From: Lingula anatina
Lineage: Eukaryota; Animalia; Brachiopoda
Length of the DNA stretch: 64,000 nt
Assembly: GCA_051362555.1 (NCBI GenBank)
Contig: CM120642.1
Span: 34,038,001 to 34,102,000, forward strand
Reading direction: 5' to 3'
The position numbers were made by a program, and so were the translations under genes. The number at the start of each line of letters is the position of its first letter. Position 1 is the first letter of the stretch. Of the stretch, positions 24,781 through 34,364 are shown in pieces. The notes under the pieces were generated by a model that was not told where the DNA came from, ran no database searches, and saw nothing but the letters and a program-made list of their open reading frames with translations.

Positions 24781-27700
24781 CAGTACTAATAATAATAACA
24801 ATAATAACATTATCGGTATAAATATATTCTATAGCTATTTGTGTCATTTTAAGTTGATAAACTAATAACTTCTTTTGACAAGTTCAGATGTTTGACAGCT
24901 GAAAGTTGGTCAATTTCTGTGAAATACAAAATTTGACCATAGATTTTTATTGTTTGAGTAAAGTGACCAAAGAGCTTCCATGGTATAAAGTTTATCTATA
25001 ATACTACAGAAGAGACAGTCTTCTGTGCTTTTTTCACAGAATGTTACATCTCTTTGAAGTAATGAAATAATCACACCTCCTCAAAAACTGGATTTTTTAT
25101 ACTGAAGAAGGCAATAAATGGTTTAATTTAACAGTAAAACTGAAAAGTTTAATTTAAAGGGATAATAACTCTTCGTTTTGGCCAAAAAATGAATTTTCCT
25201 GGAGTAAACAACAATTTTCCCTTACTTTCCAATGGTTAATGAATCCATTTTTACGTTCAAAGTTAGCCCCTGGTTTTTTTCTAAAAAGTTTGTTTCTTAA
25301 GAGATTATAACAGAGTATAGCCATCAATGGAGATCACGTGATCTGAAGACAAGCTCAGATATCAGAATAATAGCCATAATTCAAAAATTAAATGAGATTT
25401 ATTGAAATTTAATTGAAATTCTATGAAGTTTCTAATACAAATGAGAGGTCATACGAGATTTCCGTTTTTGCGAGAGCACTTGCGCACGATAGTCACTATC
25501 TCGAGTGACCAGCACTGCATACCAGAAAATTGATGCAATTGTAATACCACTATACAAAAAAGGAATATGAAATCCTTCTCAGACAAAGTATATCCTTCTC
25601 ATCCCGTTAACTAAATGAAGATAATATAAATAATTATCTTAGGTGCATTATAAATACCAACCCAAAATATGGTAATGAATTGATATGATAACTTAAGTTA
25701 TCTTAGGTGCATTACAAAATATCAACCCATAAATATGGTTTTACATGTTACTATGTAAACCAGGCACTGCCCCCCCCCCCCTTTTGCTGTGGAATAGGGG
25801 AGGTGGGTGGGCGTATGACCTCTCATTTGTATTAGAAACTTCATAGAATTTCAATTAAATTTCAATAAATCTCATTTAATTTTTGAATTCTATTTCGTTT
25901 CTATACAAATGAGGTCATACGAGATTCCCGTTTTATGCGAGAGCATATGCGCACTTGCGCACATCTCCACAGTTCGAAGCTTGCTGGTCACGAGAGCAAC
26001 TTGGCTCTGAACATAGTACTACATACCTTTTCTAATTATTTAAAACTGCGTCAGCAAACTCTTTCCCTTTAATGGGTTTATTATAGTACTTTGCAAAAGT
26101 CTTGCTTGAAGACCATCCAGCTGCTTTCAAAATATCATCTACGGGAACTTTTGCTCTTTCTGCTGCCGACACTGCTGCAGCTCGGGTTGAATGAGCCTTA
26201 AATGATTCCTCTACACCTGCTTGGTGCATCAATATCCGAATCCATCTGGATATTGTATCTTTTGAAACGGATGAGAAAGGTTTTCTAAAACTAATAAAAA
26301 ATTTTTCTTGTCCATTTCTCAATGGCTTTGTCCTTTTTAAATATTCCTTAACATATGTCAATGTACACAATCTCCTATCTGGAGGGTACGATTTAAATTG
26401 TATAGATATTGTACCAATTCCTGGTCTTGTTTGTTTCAAAGTTTCTTTTATTTTAAATAAAACATAGTTTTTGTGAAGTTCTAACTCTTGGAACTTCAGT
26501 AAATGCAACGTTTGTGCTCTCTGTGCAGATGTAAGAGACATAAGCATGATCAACTTCATTGTTAGATCTTTCAGTGATAACTGCCTTGCTGGTGACAGTT
26601 TTCTCATGTAATTTAAAACAATTGATACATCCCACACTTGTTGATATCTGGATGCAGTAGGTCGAGTGTTAAACACTCCTTTCAAAAACCTTACAATCAA
26701 AGGATGACTCCCCACTGTTGAAGCACCAATGGTAATAAATGTTGATAATGCACATCTTGCAGTGTTTATAGCACTGTAACTTGAGCCATCTTCATAGAGA
26801 TGTACTAAAAAATCTAGCACATTCGCTACAGTTGGTCTATAAAAATTGACCTTCCTTTGATTTGAAAACATTCTCCACTTTTTAATATAGACTGAATATT
26901 GGTTCTGAGTGGATTTTCTCCATGATTGAAATATGATTCCGATAGCTCTCTCTGAAATTCTATCTGATTTGAGAGTTTTCCGGATACTTTGCATGCCAAC
27001 AGTTTCAAATGATTTCCCATTGGGTGTGTCACCCCTTTCTGGTGTGGAAGTGATAATACTGTTGTTGTTGGCGGTAACAGAATAGGGATGTCTACTAACA
27101 TTTCCATTAATGGAGTGAACCATGCTTGTGTCAACCAAAAAGGTATCACAACTAAAGCATCTGCCTGATCTTCCCGAATCTTCTTGATTATCCTGGGAAT
27201 CAGGCTGAAAGGAGGAAAAATGTATGAATACATATTCTCCCAAGATATTGAAAAAGCATTAATGTATTTAGCACCAGGTTCTGGTTTCCAAGAAGCAAAT
27301 ACTTCTAATTTGCTATTCAATCTTGATGCAAATAGATCTATACATGGCATACCAAATATATCTGTCACTTTTTTAAATATATCAATATTTAGTGACCATT
27401 CAGTTCTAATATTCACATTTCTTGATTCCCAATCTGCCTCTACATTTAATATTCCAGGCAAATATTCAGCAGTAAGCCATATGTCATTTTCAATGCATTT
27501 ATTCCATATGTCTGATACTATTTCATCACAAACTGGGGATTTCAAACCTCCCATATGTGTAATGTATGCAACTGCTGTAGTATTATCAGATCTCAATAAA
27601 ACTACCTTTCCTTTGATTTCTTGAATAAAGGCATGTAAAGCCATTTTTATAGCAAGCAATTCAAATGCATTGATATTATCATGACAGAATAAAATTTCTT

Positions 27701-30700
27701 CTTCAGTAAAGAATCCACCAATTCTTGTATCTCTACATTTAGCTCCCCATGCTAAAGGAGTAGCATCTGATTGAATTTCAATCTGTGCATTGCCATGATA
27801 AATTTTATTTGTTGCAAACAATATATTTCTAGACCACCAGTCTAGATCTACTTTCATGTCATCTGTAATATCCATTACAGCTTCATAATCATCTTTATTT
27901 TGTTTCAATGCATTAATTTTTGCTCTCTCTAGTTTCCTATAATGCAATGGCCCATATTGGACTCCAGGCAAACATGATATTAATATTCCTAATATTTTTG
28001 CAATTTCTCTAATAGATGCATCATCTCTTCTGATTGAATCATCAATCATTTCTTTATAAACTTGTTTCTTTTCATTGGTCAGTTGCACAGTCATATTTTT
28101 AGAGTTTATTTTAAATCCCAAAAATACAATTTCTTGAGTTGGGATTAATGCTGACTTTTCGTCATGGATCAAAAATCCACAAGTTTTGAATAACTTAACA
28201 GTTTCTTGTACTGCCCATAGACATTCATTTTCTGAACTAGCTTGTATATAAATGTCATCTATATAAGATATCATAATAATCCCTTTCCTTCTTAAGGATG
28301 CACATAATGGCTTTAATAATTTTGTGAATGCTCTCGGAGCATCTGAATAGCCATTTGGAAGGGCAGTATACATATATAATTTATTTCTCCATTGAAATTT
28401 GAGAAACTTCTGATGCTCTTTGTAAATTCTAACCATATAATATGCATCTCGTAAATCTATGCGTGCCATGTATGCTTTATGACACAATAAATTCAAGACT
28501 GTCTTTAAAGTATCCATTTTAAACTTATGGTACTTCATAAATTTGTTGAAAGGTTTAAGATTTAATATCATTCTTCTTGTGCCATCTTTTTTAGGCCTAG
28601 TAAATATTGTATTGACAAATTGTCCTTCTTCATTTTGTGTTTCAACAATGACACCTTTACATAATAATCTTGAAACTTCAATATCAATCAATTTTTCTTC
28701 AGATTCTGTGAATCTTATTTCTCTTAATGGTGTCGTCTGTTTAGGATAATTATTATCCACAAATTCCAATCTTAAACCTCTAACAGTCTGTAACACCCAA
28801 GCATCAGATGTCAGCAATTCCCATTGGGAAATAAACTTTGATATTCTACCAGCAATGTTATGTTGAGGACTTACCTCAAAAATTTTCTTCAACTTTTCCA
28901 CATCTAATGATGCAGAGTTGCAGGGCAGTTTTTTAAATCCTGCTGCCTGTGATAGGTCCTAATATGACCTCTACTGGTGCCACTTCTTGCACCTCTTATG
29001 CTCTTAGGAGGAAAACTTCTTCCCCTAGCTCGCATGCTGGTTCTGCTTCCTCTTTCTCTGGGAGTCCCAGAATATGATGAACCAGTGTTTTTAAACACTT
29101 GGTGATTCATTTTGTTGACATCAGACATGTCACGGATTCTTTTTACTATTTCATCCCCAAAAAGCCTATTTGTATATGGGATGGAACTTGCACACAAATG
29201 TGAATATTGCTTATCAATGTGAGGTCTTAAAACCTCTTTCCTTCTAGTGCAAAGTTCAAAGTTTGTGCAACCAAATGCTCGAAGTGCATTCGTAGCATCA
29301 TTGATTATTTCTTCAAAATCTTCTTCTTCCAAATTTTTAGTATCTGAATCCCATTTACTAATGAGTTTGTTCATTGCAACTGCCATTGAGGAAACGCCCT
29401 TTATCAAATAATTTTGCACTCTCTGAAGCTTTAAATCTTGTGTTTTAGCATCATGACTAATGCTAGGCCATATTTCTTCGTTAATAATAATTGGCTGCAA
29501 ACCTTCACAGTTGGAAGGAGCTAAAATTTTCTCAAAAAGAGCTTTGGTCTCCTCTTCCATTGGTTTAGACCTCATGAAAGCTGTAATGTTGTCAGCTAAG
29601 GTTGTGTTAATTTCAGGCCCTTTGGGCTCAGATTTTTTAGCTGTTTCAGTCATTTTCTTCAAGACTTTCATTTTCTTTTCTGGAAGAAGTTCTTCCTCTA
29701 TGTGTCTTTTACTGGTACTGGGATTTTCATTATGGGCAGTGTCTGCCATCTCGACTACTTGGTCTGAATCCCGAGCGTCACTAAGAACTGACGTGTCGTC
29801 ATAAATTGGCTCTTCATAATACTCATGAGGATATTCATACCTTATTTCGTTTTTAAAATCCTCCATTTGCTTTTGAAGACTATCTTGCATATTCTTCATT
29901 GTGCCAGCTATGAAGTCAAGTGCTGCACTAATTTTATGATCCACAGTCGTGGCATTATCGGCACTAGTGGACGCGCCATTTTCATTTTCCACATGAACGC
30001 TACTCTGCGTCAGAGTTTGAATTTCTGTTAGAAATTGTGGTGAGTCACCACTTTCTTTCGACTTCCCGTCGGAAGATTTCTTGTGGCCATGCGTATTTTT
30101 CTTAACTTTTGGTCTACTTTCGACCTTTTCAGCCATAATATTAGAATATTCTTGAAAATTTTTGTGCCACAATTTTTCCACGTGCCGTGCTCGCTCGACA
30201 AAAAAACCGGAAGTGGAGATGTGCGCAAGTGCGCATATGCTCTCGCATAAAACGGGAATCTCGTATGACCTCATTTGTATAGAAACGAAATAGAACTGCT
30301 GCTTTGTCTTAAAACAGAATATATTATATTTCTATGAGTTTTTCACAATGTTTTTATTGTGAAATATAGATCTCATACGAAGAGTTATTATCCCTTTAAC
30401 TAAGCACAGTGAAGACCCAGATGGTTTGAGATACATAAATATACGTGAAATCACAAGTTTATAATTATTTTAATATAGTGTCACTAGTGTACAGAATGGT
30501 AAGTCAATGTGTAAATGCACAAGAAAGGGGCCTGTGTGTGGCACTTGGTCGTTTATAATAAGTACATGATAACATACCAGATGGACACTCAGGGTTGAGT
30601 GTTTTACAAAATTCCCAAAATTCATAAAAGTCATCTGGCATTTCCATCAGGAATTTTTCCTTTATAAACTCCTTCACATCACCAGGACATTCAAACTCCA

Positions 30701-32193
30701 GCTGGACTTGGCTTTCTGGGGGAAATAAAACTTTCAAATCACACAAATGTGTTCCAAAAGAAAAAAAACTACATACAAACAAGAAAATAACTACAAGTAG
30801 CTTTTAAAAGAGATGTTATTACTGAGCAACATAGGACAGGCAATTATATGTTTTCAATATTTTCATTTCTTTTCATCTGATCTTTGTATGTGAATGTCCC
30901 AGAACTTCTATCATAGCTGGACATATTAAAAGTGGCAAGTATAGCAATCTTAGTTAATGGAGGTGATGGAAGCATACATGTAGTTTTTGCATCTTCAGTG
31001 ATCAGAGTTACTAAACAACTTGAAAATATCAGCCATGGTCCTGCAGCATACACACCTTTTTCACTGTCATCTGGGGAACCAGCTGCTGTAGTGTTCTGGT
31101 CTGTTTTCTCTGGTGATACACTTTCTTTCCTCCTTCTTTTGGCAGGAGATTCTACACCCTACAATGTAAGACATTGCACTGTGACAAAGTGCAAGATTTA
31201 AACCTATGTTAAGGACAAATAACATTCTGTTGAACCTTTCTGAGGACAAATAATACTTTTTGGTCATTTAAAACATAAAAGCCATGAAACACCTGACAAT
31301 TAAATCTTACCACATGTCCACCATCTGGACTGTTTTGTATTGACCACAACTCAGAAGTCAATGTTCAGAATGAAGGCAGAATTTGAAAAGCATACACTTA
31401 GGCTGTTGGGGTTTTATTTAAGGACTTCTTACTTTTCTCTGACTGTTAAAGAGTTATGACAAGTGTCAGGAAATGAAGGTTGTTTAGTTGGAGAAAAAAC
31501 AATGTTTACATCAGAAACATCCTTTAGATACAAATTTTCATTGCAAGAATTTGAAGAAAAACTTACATGGTGCACCTTAAAATTAGACACTATTTGCACA
31601 CACATCATCAGAGTACTGTGCACATGTTACAACTACTGGTAATTATGAGAACTTTACAATTTGAGACACACTTGGAAATATGCAGCCACACTGGTAAACA
31701 TGTCCTGGAAGACTAATGCTAGTACTACATGTATACTGCACACGATGTGATGTTGATATTTACGTACGGTTCTTAGTAAGACTGCATTGCACGTTAGTTT
31801 GCAAATGACAGAGCATCCACTTTGTTTTTGCTTTGCACATTACGATAGCGTAGCTTGATACTTAACAGGTCGTTTTGTGTTTTCTGCACCCCCCCCCCCC
31901 CGGGTCCCCCAGAGCTTCATCAACCGACAAACGTGGAAGCAAAGCAGCTGTTACTACATATATTAAGCGCTTAACGTCAGATTGAAATTGTAATTTTCAG
32001 ATGGCGGGAAATTGCATGCAAGAGCACCCGTTACTTATCGCGAGACACAAACCTCTGATGCATCATTCCACGGATGACTGAACTCTTTAAGATGTCTGGG
32101 GTTTTTCCTGTAGCACTTTTTACCATACGTGCACAGTGGTTTTCTGTCTCTTTTCTCGGCTTGCTCACTACTTCGCTTACCCTTGTCAGCCAT
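22883..32193 (-). CDS. HPF1: Histone PARylation factor 1 with N-terminal PBZ zinc finger, 7 exons, about 404 aa
   Basis: Exons (minus): 32193-32053, 31158-31056, 30715-30578, 24745-24553, 24190-24092, 23766-23534, 23190-22883. Motifs [34 protein letters not shown] and [15 protein letters not shown]. Exon 1 has [20 protein letters not shown] (PBZ). Confidence 0.95.
25812..25970. repeat. DIRS internal complementary region (ICR)
   Basis: 25812-25889 is the reverse complement of 25378-25455, and 25888-25970 is the reverse complement of 30213-30295. The two halves join at TT (25888-25889), the predicted circle junction. Confidence 0.93.
26032..27243 (-). CDS. DIRS tyrosine recombinase (YR), overlapping the MT domain of pol
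   Basis: Catalytic set R (SAQRAQTL), K (LKQTR), HSTR, W (AAGWSS) and Y (FAKYY). Confidence 0.93.
   Translation of the reverse strand: MGEYVFIHFSSFQPDSQDNQEDSGRSGRCFSCDTFLVDTSMVHSINGNVSRHPYSVTANNNSIITSTPERGDTPNGKSFETVGMQSIRKTLKSDRISERAIGIIFQSWRKSTQNQYSVYIKKWRMFSNQRKVNFYRPTVANVLDFLVHLYEDGSSYSAINTARCALSTFITIGASTVGSHPLIVRFLKGVFNTRPTASRYQQVWDVSIVLNYMRKLSPARQLSLKDLTMKLIMLMSLTSAQRAQTLHLLKFQELELHKNYVLFKIKETLKQTRPGIGTISIQFKSYPPDRRLCTLTYVKEYLKRTKPLRNGQEKFFISFRKPFSSVSKDTISRWIRILMHQAGVEESFKAHSTRAAAVSAAERAKVPVDDILKAAGWSSSKTFAKYYNKPIKGKEFADAVLNN
26826..28901 (-). CDS. DIRS pol: reverse transcriptase, RNase H and adenine-methyltransferase-like domain
   Basis: RT motifs [23 protein letters not shown] and YIDD. 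RNase H motifs [25 protein letters not shown] and [11 protein letters not shown] motifs IDLFASRLN and YIFPPF. The ORF-track start is GTG; the first ATG is codon 111. Confidence 0.93.
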   Translation of the reverse strand: MEKLKKIFEVSPQHNIAGRISKFISQWELLTSDAWVLQTVRGLRLEFVDNNYPKQTTPLREIRFTESEEKLIDIEVSRLLCKGVIVETQNEEGQFVNTIFTRPKKDGTRRMILNLKPFNKFMKYHKFKMDTLKTVLNLLCHKAYMARIDLRDAYYMVRIYKEHQKFLKFQWRNKLYMYTALPNGYSDAPRAFTKLLKPLCASLRRKGIIMISYIDDIYIQASSENECLWAVQETVKLFKTCGFLIHDEKSALIPTQEIVFLGFKINSKNMTVQLTNEKKQVYKEMIDDSIRRDDASIREIAKILGILISCLPGVQYGPLHYRKLERAKINALKQNKDDYEAVMDITDDMKVDLDWWSRNILFATNKIYHGNAQIEIQSDATPLAWGAKCRDTRIGGFFTEEEILFCHDNINAFELLAIKMALHAFIQEIKGKVVLLRSDNTTAVAYITHMGGLKSPVCDEIVSDIWNKCIENDIWLTAEYLPGILNVEADWESRNVNIRTEWSLNIDIFKKVTDIFGMPCIDLFASRLNSKLEVFASWKPEPGAKYINAFSISWENMYSYIFPPFSLIPRIIKKIREDQADALVVIPFWLTQAWFTPLMEMLVDIPILLPPTTTVLSLPHQKGVTHPMGNHLKLLACKVSGKLSNQIEFQRELSESYFNHGENPLRTNIQSILKSGECFQIKGRSIFIDQL
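28904..30136 (-). CDS. DIRS gag-like ORF1 (about 410 aa from ATG 30136)
   Basis: First long ORF after the left ITR. Contains [17 protein letters not shown] and LFGDE segments of the kind seen in DIRS ORF1, and an Arg/Gly-rich C-terminus. Confidence 0.85.
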   Translation of the reverse strand: MAEKVESRPKVKKNTHGHKKSSDGKSKESGDSPQFLTEIQTLTQSSVHVENENGASTSADNATTVDHKISAALDFIAGTMKNMQDSLQKQMEDFKNEIRYEYPHEYYEEPIYDDTSVLSDARDSDQVVEMADTAHNENPSTSKRHIEEELLPEKKMKVLKKMTETAKKSEPKGPEINTTLADNITAFMRSKPMEEETKALFEKILAPSNCEGLQPIIINEEIWPSISHDAKTQDLKLQRVQNYLIKGVSSMAVAMNKLISKWDSDTKNLEEEDFEEIINDATNALRAFGCTNFELCTRRKEVLRPHIDKQYSHLCASSIPYTNRLFGDEIVKRIRDMSDVNKMNHQVFKNTGSSYSGTPRERGSRTSMRARGRSFPPKSIRGARSGTSRGHIRTYHRQQDLKNCPATLHH

Positions 32194-32427
32194 GCTTCAA
32201 TACTTCAATACAGCCCTTTGTGCAGTTTTGTTGTGAATATTATTTCTAACATGAAAGTCCGTAACAGCCAACAAAATAATTTAAAAGGGTCATAATTATA
32301 TAATCTTTACATACCGTAAAGCGAGTTTTTGATACATTTGCTCAAAGTTTTAAACAATAGTACTACTCTTGATTCGTCTTGGACCTGGAGCTCTCTACTG
32401 ACGGAGTTCGGAATCATCAGCCCGATA
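32194..32427. promoter_or_regulatory. Putative bidirectional promoter, HPF1/MFSD8
   Basis: Divergent ATGs are only 234 bp apart, and the region is locally CpG-rich relative to both gene bodies. Confidence 0.7.
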
Positions 32428-34332
32428 ATGCCAGAAGCAGAGGATGCATTTCCGAGCGAAGGAGCGGACACTTCGCACATCTACCCGGATTTGGACGTGA
32501 ATCAGGAGTCAGGTTTGGAACGGTGCGTTTACTAGTACTGAAGCAGTATTCAAGGAAGTTAGCACTGTTACGTAGTGTTATGAATTGTCGATATATGACC
32601 ATTGAGTCTGACATCCCATGACTAGACGGACTTTGGCCTTATAGTTCCATGGTAGGTAGATCACAATCCGCTAGGGGCGCTACAGTCGTAACTGTCCACG
32701 GGCAGTGAAGTGTTAAACTGAAGTCGGCCTGCTGACAGTTCGCCTATGGAACCCCTTTTTTAAATCTCTCTTTTAGCGCTGCGTAAAAAAACTAATACAA
32801 GCCATTAACTAAATAAGTTGTAAATCAAAGAGTAAAATCCGGTCACATGATTTTCCCATGTTGCAGTCTTTGACAAGTTTCGGTTCTGCTTGTTTTAAGT
32901 TTTGCCTCTACAAAATGCTAAAAAATTTCAGGTAAGTGCTGGTATCATCTTTTTGAAATTTATATCCAGCAAAGTTTATGAAATTTGCTATATTATGTAG
33001 AAAAATCATGAAATTTGAAGGTTGCGAAGTATAGTTAATTTAATCCGCAATATTACATGATGTGAAAATTACCACAGGGAAATAGCTCTGCCCTGATTAG
33101 TCACAGGCTATGTGAGCCAGACAATAGGCTGAGCACACAAAGACACACAGGGTGCTCTGCTGCGCCTGAGTGATCACTGCTGGTCAGTGGGCACAGGTTT
33201 TGAGCTGAGAAGTGTGGACACTTTTGGTGGATTTTTGCAGTTAAAAAACTTCAATATCTTTGTTGCTTGTAGGAATATTTAAAAAATTCCAAATGATTTC
33301 ATCCGGTTTTTGCATTACCTTTCAGATGATATAAGTATTTTAATTTTCTGATCAGTTTGAAAATTTTTCTGATATACCTATCCATGGCCGTCTTATCAGT
33401 CACTGATAGTGAGTGTTATTGTGCTGGGGCCAATCAATGAAGCTTGAAGAATAATAGTAACAACCCTTTATTCATACGTAAAGTTATCAGGTGATCATTG
33501 TCTGTACTTACGGGACTTTGATATAGAATGTGATGTTATGTGTTTCTTGGTCCGAAGTGAACTGTTATAAAAGTAGACACCATCTAATTGTCATTGGTAA
33601 CATGGTGTAGGGATGTGGTCTCTGTTAGGATGTATGATTTAGTTATCAGATCTTTCAGAAACCATGTATTATGGAACAGATGTCCAAAAGTAAGTGCACA
33701 ATTGTTCAAAAATGTATTGAAACGTATAAAAAATAACATGGGCTGTTTTTACATAGCTAGATCTTCCCTTTGGTAGACACTAGGATTTTTCACTTCGTAA
33801 AACTGGCTTATGGATCGTTTTGTCCTATTGAAAGTAAAACCTAAAGTATGTGCAACTTATGTGAAATCTTATTTCTTAAGCTTGGAAGAAATGAAAACAG
33901 AAAAAAGATATTTCACTGAGGGAGATTTGTTGGGATGACTCATTTAAAATGTTTAATTGTTTGAAAATATGAGAGGGAATCTACAATATGAGTAGATGGA
34001 AAGTTATACAGTGTATCAGTCATGTTCCTGATAGCATTTCAGCATTTCTTAAAACATTTAGATATACTAAGACAGGAATGTCCACATTTAAAAAAAAATA
34101 AGAAATAGGTTGTTATTACAGCATTAGTTGACTGCTCTACTGGTAAAATAATTGGGAAACATTTTTTAGAATGTAAATTTGAACAATGAAGTTTTACAGT
34201 AAGTATTTTCAGTATTGCATATCTCAGATATTCCATGTATCAACTCTGGTCATTTATAGATTAGTATATACATTTTTATTTTTCTTATAATTTATTATTT
34301 TTGATAAGTATTTTGAATCTTTTATTCCCCTT

Positions 34333-34364
<32 letters not shown>

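Larger units (their letters stand above)
25378..30295 (-). mobile_element. Full-length DIRS1-like tyrosine-recombinase retrotransposon (about 4.9 kb) in HPF1 intron 3
   Basis: Three uninterrupted ORFs (gag, RT-RNaseH-MT, YR), imperfect inverted terminal repeats, and an internal complementary region matching both ends. No TSD. A TT dinucleotide is shared by the left end, right end and ICR junction. Confidence 0.96.
25158..30395. mobile_element. Non-autonomous TTAA MITE (Kolobok/T2-like, about 322 bp), split by the DIRS insertion
   Basis: Perfect 19-bp TIR AGGGATAATAACTCTTCGT at 25158 and ending at 30395, with TTAA on both flanks. The two halves rejoin to match the copy at 7320-7954. Confidence 0.85.

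Noticed and set aside
30137-30274. 46-codon upstream extension of DIRS gag in the ORF track
   Set aside because: That ATG lies inside the terminal repeat, about 20 nt from the element end; ATG 30136 in good context is the more plausible start.
32715-33400. Possible old non-autonomous DNA transposon in MFSD8 intron 1
   Set aside because: Only weak terminal similarity (gaagtcggcc / ggccgtctt) and no clear TSD.
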